Made by a program: the position numbers and the translations under genes. Of a DNA stretch of 64,000 nucleotides, positions 59,067 through 64,000 are shown one piece after another; the stretch's first letter is position 1, and the number at the start of each line of letters is the position of its first letter. The notes below the pieces were generated by a model. It was not told the origin of the DNA. It saw only the letters and a program-made list of their open reading frames with translations, and searched no databases. Source of the DNA: Candidatus Micrarchaeota archaeon (GTDB lineage: Archaea > Iainarchaeota > Iainarchaeia > JAADDC01); contig JALTXX010000016.1 of NCBI GenBank assembly GCA_027046625.1, forward strand, positions 1-64,000. Reading direction: 5' to 3'.

Positions 59067-59948
59067 CTATACCTTCACCGTATCACACACATTTACCCCT
59101 TCTCCAATAAGGCAAATCTTCAACTTGGATACCTCATAATCTACCTCCTTTAGAGGAAACGCCCAGAGAGAGCACGAGGCACTTACATTGGGTGGCACAT
59201 CCCATCTATCACATTTTAGGCGGGGAACGCTAACCCCTCCTACTCTTGTATTATTTATGTCCACAGAAAACCAGCTGAGGGAGTCTGTCTTCACCGCTGC
59301 TAGCAGTCTATTGTTTAGTGCGTCATACACATGAACACTTACATTGGTGAGATTCAGAATGCCTTCAGAGGATACATTGGTAACCGTGAATCCAATCATA
59401 ATCTTTTCACACACAAAGGGAAATAACTCCGCTCCGCTATAGTCATGAAGACCATCTGACCTTATAGCCGCCACATCTTCAGCTGTGTTATCATCTGGCT
59501 GCCCACTTGCCCAGAATCCTTCCCCTATCAATCCCATTGCATCCCCCGTAACATAGTACCATCCCTTGTCTGGCTCAGAAGACCCAGGACTCTGGAATAC
59601 ACCCACCCATGCGGCTGTCCACCCCTTGGCTGCAAGGATATGCTTTATCTTATCGAGCTGCAGAAGGGACTTTGGAGCTGCAAGAAACATCCCCCTCTCC
59701 TTACAATAGTTAAACGCTCCTATCCAGTTCATTCCCGTAGAAACAGGCACATAGTACCTGAAGTAGCCAATGGATGCCCCTCGTGGTGGATAATCTAGGT
59801 ATGCCTCCATCACAACAGAGTATATCTGCCCCTGCTGGCCAGAGGTACCCTCCACCATCTGAGAAACACCCATATAGAGCAATGCTCCAATAGCAACAAC
59901 GATAGCAATCAACAGCACCGTTGCCACGATGGGTGAGATACCTCTCAT
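59067..59948 (-). CDS. Archaeal type IV pilin with C-type lectin domain
   Basis: MRG/ISPIVATVLLI; CTLD with WVG, WASGQPDD, FVCE. Confidence 0.88.
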   Translation of the reverse strand: MRGISPIVATVLLIAIVVAIGALLYMGVSQMVEGTSGQQGQIYSVVMEAYLDYPPRGASIGYFRYYVPVSTGMNWIGAFNYCKERGMFLAAPKSLLQLDKIKHILAAKGWTAAWVGVFQSPGSSEPDKGWYYVTGDAMGLIGEGFWASGQPDDNTAEDVAAIRSDGLHDYSGAELFPFVCEKIMIGFTVTNVSSEGILNLTNVSVHVYDALNNRLLAAVKTDSLSWFSVDINNTRVGGVSVPRLKCDRWDVPPNVSASCSLWAFPLKEVDYEVSKLKICLIGEGVNVCDTVKV

Positions 59949-60009
59949 CCTAACGAAAAAAAAACGATGAATAAATACCTTTCGGTTGGGAATTGTTATG
60001 TATAATTAT

Positions 60010-60762
60010 CTATCTTAGGGCTTCCCAGAGGATTTCGTCGTGAGAATACACCTGTATTCCCTTTTCCGTAATAGCTAGAGGATGCACTCTGTTTGAATGT
60101 CTTGTACCTCTCATCTTTCGTATAAAGATTGCCCTGTGGGGCGGTATAAAGTATAGCCTTATCACACCATCTGCTACAAACTCCTCCACTCCAAAGGTGG
60201 AGAACTTCATCCTATCATCCGGAGCTCCTGCTGTAAGAACGGTGGTTACTCCCAACTCCTTTAGCTTATCCAGCAGATAGTACAAGTAAAAATCTACGGA
60301 AGAGGGATCATATGCCCATATACCCTTTGTACTATCTCCTGCAAGTGGAACAGCCCCCAAATATTTTACCAACGCAGTCAGAGAGTCTATGGCAACTCTA
60401 AAGGCTTCAATCTTTGTTACCAGACTTACAATTTCATCCACTTCTTTTCTCCAGTTTTCTCTAAACTGGCGAGGGGAGGATACCCTTACTCTGAAGATCT
60501 TCATGGCATTGGCAACAGAAGTATAATCCCACTTGAAGTTCTGCAGGTTCCACGTGATGTTGGAGGCTGGCTCCTCCAGCGTTATAAACACACCGGGCTC
60601 TTGATAGAGGGACGCTCCTGCGTAGATATATTGCAGTGCAAAGATAGTTTTACCTGTACCCGGACCGCCAACCACCAGAATATTGGAGTTGCGGGGGAAC
60701 CCCCCAGATATGAGGTCATCCAAACCTGGGATGCCTGTCTGTACTCTCTCCACGCTATCCAT
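60010..60762 (-). CDS. KaiC/RAD55-like ATPase (single domain)
   Basis: TGIPGLD, GGPGTGKT, LEE, IDS, KMRGT.H. Confidence 0.92.
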   Translation of the reverse strand: MDSVERVQTGIPGLDDLISGGFPRNSNILVVGGPGTGKTIFALQYIYAGASLYQEPGVFITLEEPASNITWNLQNFKWDYTSVANAMKIFRVRVSSPRQFRENWRKEVDEIVSLVTKIEAFRVAIDSLTALVKYLGAVPLAGDSTKGIWAYDPSSVDFYLYYLLDKLKELGVTTVLTAGAPDDRMKFSTFGVEEFVADGVIRLYFIPPHRAIFIRKMRGTRHSNRVHPLAITEKGIQVYSHDEILWEALR

Positions 60763-60804
60763 TATAGGGAGGAGGTTTATATAGGTTGGTGTAATTAGTC
60801 TTGA

Positions 60805-61461
60805 GTGGAAGAGGGTAAAATTGTGGAACTGGTAAGGGTGCCAGAGTGGAAGAGTATGTTGTATGAATTGGTGGATAAAGGGGAAATTGACCCCTGGAAT
60901 GTAGACATTGTAAGGCTAACAAGCATATTCATAGAGGAAATCAGACAAATGAAGTCAAAAGATCTTTATATACCCGCTAATGTGGTACTAGCAGCTTCCA
61001 TCCTCTTATACCTTAAGTCCTCCATACTGAGGGAAGAAAAAGAGGAGAGAGATACGGAGGTAGTGGAAGATATAGTGCTTCCAGAACCAGAAGATGTACC
61101 CCCTCCGACAGAGGAGGTGGTGGCTCCCCTGAGGCTAACGAGGCGAAAGGTATCCCTGGAGGAGCTCATGAATGTTATGGAGAAACTCATGAAGAAAACT
61201 CCCAAAAAGGAGCCCTATAAACCCCCTGAGGTGGAGGAGGTATTTGCCCTACCTGATGAGGGCGAGGAGGTAGATCTTTACATAGAAGAAGTTTATAGGA
61301 AGGTAAGGAACGCAGAAGTTGTGTATCTGAGAGAGTTATACAATGATACAGAGGAGTTTGTGAGGGTACTATTGGCATTGCTCTACCTTGCGACGGAGGG
61401 AAAGGTAGAACTCATCCAGGAGGAGATTTTTGGGGAGGTACTGGTAAAGGTGGTATCATGA
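60805..61461 (+). CDS. scpA: Kleisin ScpA
   Basis: IDPWNVDI, ASILLYLKS, LLYLA..G.V.L.QEE.FG. Confidence 0.92.
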   Translation: MEEGKIVELVRVPEWKSMLYELVDKGEIDPWNVDIVRLTSIFIEEIRQMKSKDLYIPANVVLAASILLYLKSSILREEKEERDTEVVEDIVLPEPEDVPPPTEEVVAPLRLTRRKVSLEELMNVMEKLMKKTPKKEPYKPPEVEEVFALPDEGEEVDLYIEEVYRKVRNAEVVYLRELYNDTEEFVRVLLALLYLATEGKVELIQEEIFGEVLVKVVS

Positions 61462-61886
61462 TAAATGAGCTGGAAGCTATCCTATTTATCTCTCCTCGTC
61501 CCTTAACCATAAAGGAGCTATCTCAGATGTTAGACACCACCCCACACGAGATAGAAGAACTCTTAAAGGAGTTGGAAAAGAGGTATGCCCCTACTTCCAT
61601 AGAGATAAAGAAATATGGTGATGGTATAAGGATGGAGCTAAAGAAGGAGTACGCACACTTTGTAAACAAATTCAACCTCCTCCCCGAGTTCAGCAAGGGA
61701 GAGCTGAAGGCTATCGCGCTTCTCATGAAGGAAGGAGAAGTATCCATGTCTAAGCTGAGGAAAGTATACAAAAATGCAAAGGAGTTGGTGGAAAAGCTTA
61801 GAAATTATGGGTTTGTGGTGATGAAAAGGGAAGGGAGGTATATAAAGATCCGTAAAACGAAAATCATGGACACCTACTTCAAATGA
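61458..61886 (+). CDS. scpB: ScpB
   Basis: LEAILF..P.PL; tandem wHTH; follows scpA. Confidence 0.85.
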   Translation: MINELEAILFISPRPLTIKELSQMLDTTPHEIEELLKELEKRYAPTSIEIKKYGDGIRMELKKEYAHFVNKFNLLPEFSKGELKAIALLMKEGEVSMSKLRKVYKNAKELVEKLRNYGFVVMKREGRYIKIRKTKIMDTYFK

Positions 61887-62278
61887 ATGTGCTGCTCTCC
61901 CTGCCCTTCACCTTTCTTTAGAACGATTTCCAATATTCCATTCCTCTCTTCTACACTCTCCGGTGATGGAAGAACAGTGGATGGTAGCTTGATATATCTC
62001 TCCCCCTTTGGAGTTTCTACAAGAATGTGATCCGTTCTTATGGAAATTTTGCCTTTCTTAATGTTTCTCCTGTCCACCGTTACCACAATCTCATTTCCAG
62101 CATCCACAACCTCGTATGGTACATATATCTTTCTCTTCCTTGGTTTTATGGGGTCAATATGCACATTCCCCTCGGGATCTATGCTGATCTTTACTCCTAC
62201 AGCTCCAGAACTGAAGGCGCTCATCATCCTGTTAAACACGCTGTAGAAGTACTTTTCCAGATCTTCATCCCTGTCCAT
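61874..62278 (-). CDS. Small heat-shock protein (Hsp20-like, divergent)
   Basis: IKLP....P.....RNGILEIVLKK. Confidence 0.75.
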   Translation of the reverse strand: MDRDEDLEKYFYSVFNRMMSAFSSGAVGVKISIDPEGNVHIDPIKPRKRKIYVPYEVVDAGNEIVVTVDRRNIKKGKISIRTDHILVETPKGERYIKLPSTVLPSPESVEERNGILEIVLKKGEGQGEQHIHLK

Positions 62279-62311
62279 CGATACTAAATAGAACGAAGCA
62301 TTTAAAACCAT

Positions 62312-62953
62312 CTATGGGAGAAAGTCCTCAAGGGAGGACTGGGAAAGCTTTTTATTTATTGTTCTAATTGTTTTCCAGCTTCTTCTCACAAAGGTAGGCA
62401 CCCTCCCCATATCCTTTATCCACCGCTCCACGAAGGAAACTGTTTCACTATCGTGAGGGTAGCCGGATCCCACCCTTCCGTATACAGCCTCGATTCCCCT
62501 GATAATCCTGTCTCTTACCACCTTTGCTACTATAGAAGCAGCTGACACCACCGGATATATCCTATCAGCCCTGTGGGACGCTACAACATTCTTTCCGGTT
62601 TTCTCCCTTAGCATCTTTTCGAACCTGTTCGTATCCACATCGGGTGCGTCTACGTATATAATATCCGCTTTCGAGCGGGAGATAAGCCCAGACATAACCT
62701 CCATTTCAAGCCTATTTAAACCTCTAACACTTACGTATTCATCTATTACAAAGGGTTCTACCCTTTCCACTAACACTCTCTTCGAAATGTCAAGAATTTG
62801 GTTGTAAAGCTCCTCTCTCTCCTTGTGATCTAAAAGCTTAGAGTCTTTTACCCCGATCTCCTTCAAAAGATTTTCATCCTCCACCTCAACTAGCGCCACA
62901 ACGAGAGGCCCTACGAGGGGTCCTCTTCCAGCCTCATCTACCCCTGCAATCAC
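62312..62953 (-). CDS. rnhB: Ribonuclease HII
   Basis: GVDEAGRG, DSK, AASIVAKV.RD, GSGYP. Confidence 0.96.
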   Translation of the reverse strand: MIAGVDEAGRGPLVGPLVVALVEVEDENLLKEIGVKDSKLLDHKEREELYNQILDISKRVLVERVEPFVIDEYVSVRGLNRLEMEVMSGLISRSKADIIYVDAPDVDTNRFEKMLREKTGKNVVASHRADRIYPVVSAASIVAKVVRDRIIRGIEAVYGRVGSGYPHDSETVSFVERWIKDMGRVPTFVRRSWKTIRTINKKLSQSSLEDFLP

Positions 62954-63006
62954 ATAGGAATAATGGAGCATGTATTTTAAACAACAATACATACTCTTTT
63001 CTATAC

Positions 63007-63459
63007 ATGGAAAACATCCCACACTTTTGCCTAAAGGGCATAGACGAAGAGGGAAGAGAAATAGAGCTATGTGACAAGGATCTAAAGGGGTGGAGCGTAA
63101 TATACTTTTACCCCAAGGACAATACACAGGGATGCACCATAGAGGCAAAGGAGTTTTCTTCCCTGAGGGAAGAGTTTGACAGATTAGGAGTTAGAATTAT
63201 AGGAATAAGCAAGGATAGTGTGGAAAGCCACAAAAAATTCAGGGAAAAGCATAATCTTAGAATTGTGCTGCTGTCCGATCCCTCTACGGAAGTTATAAGA
63301 AAGTTTGGAGCATGGGGTAAGAGGTTTGGAAGAGAGACTACCATCCGTTCCACCTTTATTGTGGATCCAGAGGGTAACATTAGGTGGAAGAAGATTGGCG
63401 TAAAAGCAAAAGGACACGCAAAGGAGGTACTGGACATTCTAAGGGAGTTGATAAGATGA
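63007..63459 (+). CDS. bcp: Peroxiredoxin (BCP/PrxQ)
   Basis: YFYPKDNTQGCTIEA, RSTF. Confidence 0.93.
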   Translation: MENIPHFCLKGIDEEGREIELCDKDLKGWSVIYFYPKDNTQGCTIEAKEFSSLREEFDRLGVRIIGISKDSVESHKKFREKHNLRIVLLSDPSTEVIRKFGAWGKRFGRETTIRSTFIVDPEGNIRWKKIGVKAKGHAKEVLDILRELIR

Positions 63460-63573
63460 TACTCCACTGCAGGAAGTGTGGACTACATTATAGAAGCATC
63501 TTGTGGACCATTCTTTGCAACGTGTGGTGCACTTTCCACACTAGCTGCAACCTTAAAATAATACAACACTCAA

Positions 63574-63819
63574 TTGAATACAGTGAAAAAGGTCCCAATC
63601 ATTGGAGGATTGGGTAGCACAGCTTTTGGGACGATAACAGCCTTATCTCCATCGTTTTGCTGCAATCCCATAGTTTTATCTCTGTTAGGAGCTAATGCAA
63701 TCACGCTAGCCTCTATTCTAAAACCTTTGGTGCCATTTTGGCCAACATTTGTTTTGTTAGGTGTTCTTTTGGTGGGATATGGGATCTGGAAGGGAAGAGA
63801 GAAGAAGTGTAAGTGCTAA
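63574..63819 (+). CDS. Small membrane protein with CC motif (MerT/MerC-like), possibly 5'-truncated
   Basis: SFCCNP.VL.LLG...L.PL.PF TM pattern; TTG start is weak. Confidence 0.5.
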   Translation: MNTVKKVPIIGGLGSTAFGTITALSPSFCCNPIVLSLLGANAITLASILKPLVPFWPTFVLLGVLLVGYGIWKGREKKCKC

Positions 63820-63854
63820 TACCTTTTAGAACCTTATGGGGAACAACTCTCAAC

Positions 63855-64000
63855 ATGAGAGGTGTGGTGGTATCCTACAGGAGGGGCAGACACACAACGA
63901 GAACCAACCAAGTAATCATTGAGATACCCGGTGTGAAGAATAGAAAGGAAGCCTCCAAATTTATAGGAAAGAAGGTAGAGTGGGTAACACCTGGTGGCAG
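63855..64000 (+). CDS. rpl35Ae: 50S ribosomal protein L35Ae, 3'-truncated by window edge
   Basis: MRGVVVSYRRGRHT..TNQVII...REA..IGKKVEW.TPGG-type sequence. Confidence 0.92.
   Translation, partial: MRGVVVSYRRGRHTTRTNQVIIEIPGVKNRKEASKFIGKKVEWVTPGG

Larger units (their letters stand above)
58240..60006. repeat. ~87-bp direct repeat of pilin promoter plus 5' end (58240-58326 and 59920-60006) with a 9-bp A/T run
   Basis: Identical core cctctcatcctaacgaaaaaaaaacgatgaataaatacctttcgg in both copies, 1680 bp apart. Confidence 0.9.

Noticed and set aside
57402-59948. Diversity-generating retroelement acting on the C-type lectin domains
   Set aside because: No reverse transcriptase and no TR/VR pair differing only at adenines. 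The paralogues differ at all base types.
53645-60006. Integrated virus or IS element at tRNA-Ser
   Set aside because: No integrase, transposase, capsid gene or duplicated tRNA 3' end (att) was seen.

Overview
Gene-dense archaeal chromosome segment, probably a thermophilic DPANN-like (Micrarchaeota/Diapherotrites-type) organism. This is inferred from very GC-rich intronless tRNAs without encoded CCA, short divergent ribosomal proteins, overlapping genes and apparently leaderless promoters. From left to right it holds: (1) a type I-B (Tneap/Cst-like) cas locus (partial cas8, a stand-alone cas11-like gene, cas7, cas5, cas3) converging on cas4-cas1-cas2, with no array or cas6 in the window; (2) a tRNA Glu-Thr-Arg-Gly polycistron with an embedded, unannotated box H/ACA guide RNA; (3) proS and an almost intact L3-to-secY-cbf5-S13-to-rpoN ribosomal superoperon; (4) RNA-modification and housekeeping genes (nob1, rnz, trm11, lonB, truD, taw3, S26e, aglB, tmk, L10e, top6AB); (5) a surface-variation island around tRNA-Ser, with an LVIVD-repeat protein, two pilin/C-type-lectin paralogues plus a third remnant, and interleaved toxin-antitoxin genes; (6) a KaiC-like ATPase, scpAB, hsp20, rnhB, bcp and partial L35Ae. 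The best novelty candidates are the tRNA-embedded H/ACA guide (predicted target 23S U2457, E. coli numbering), a structured non-coding element 5' of tRNA-Val, the lectin-pilin cassette array with T9 promoter tracts, and an AglB with WWG in place of WWD. All protein calls come from motif recognition by eye, and rRNA target sequences are recalled consensus. No database searches were run.
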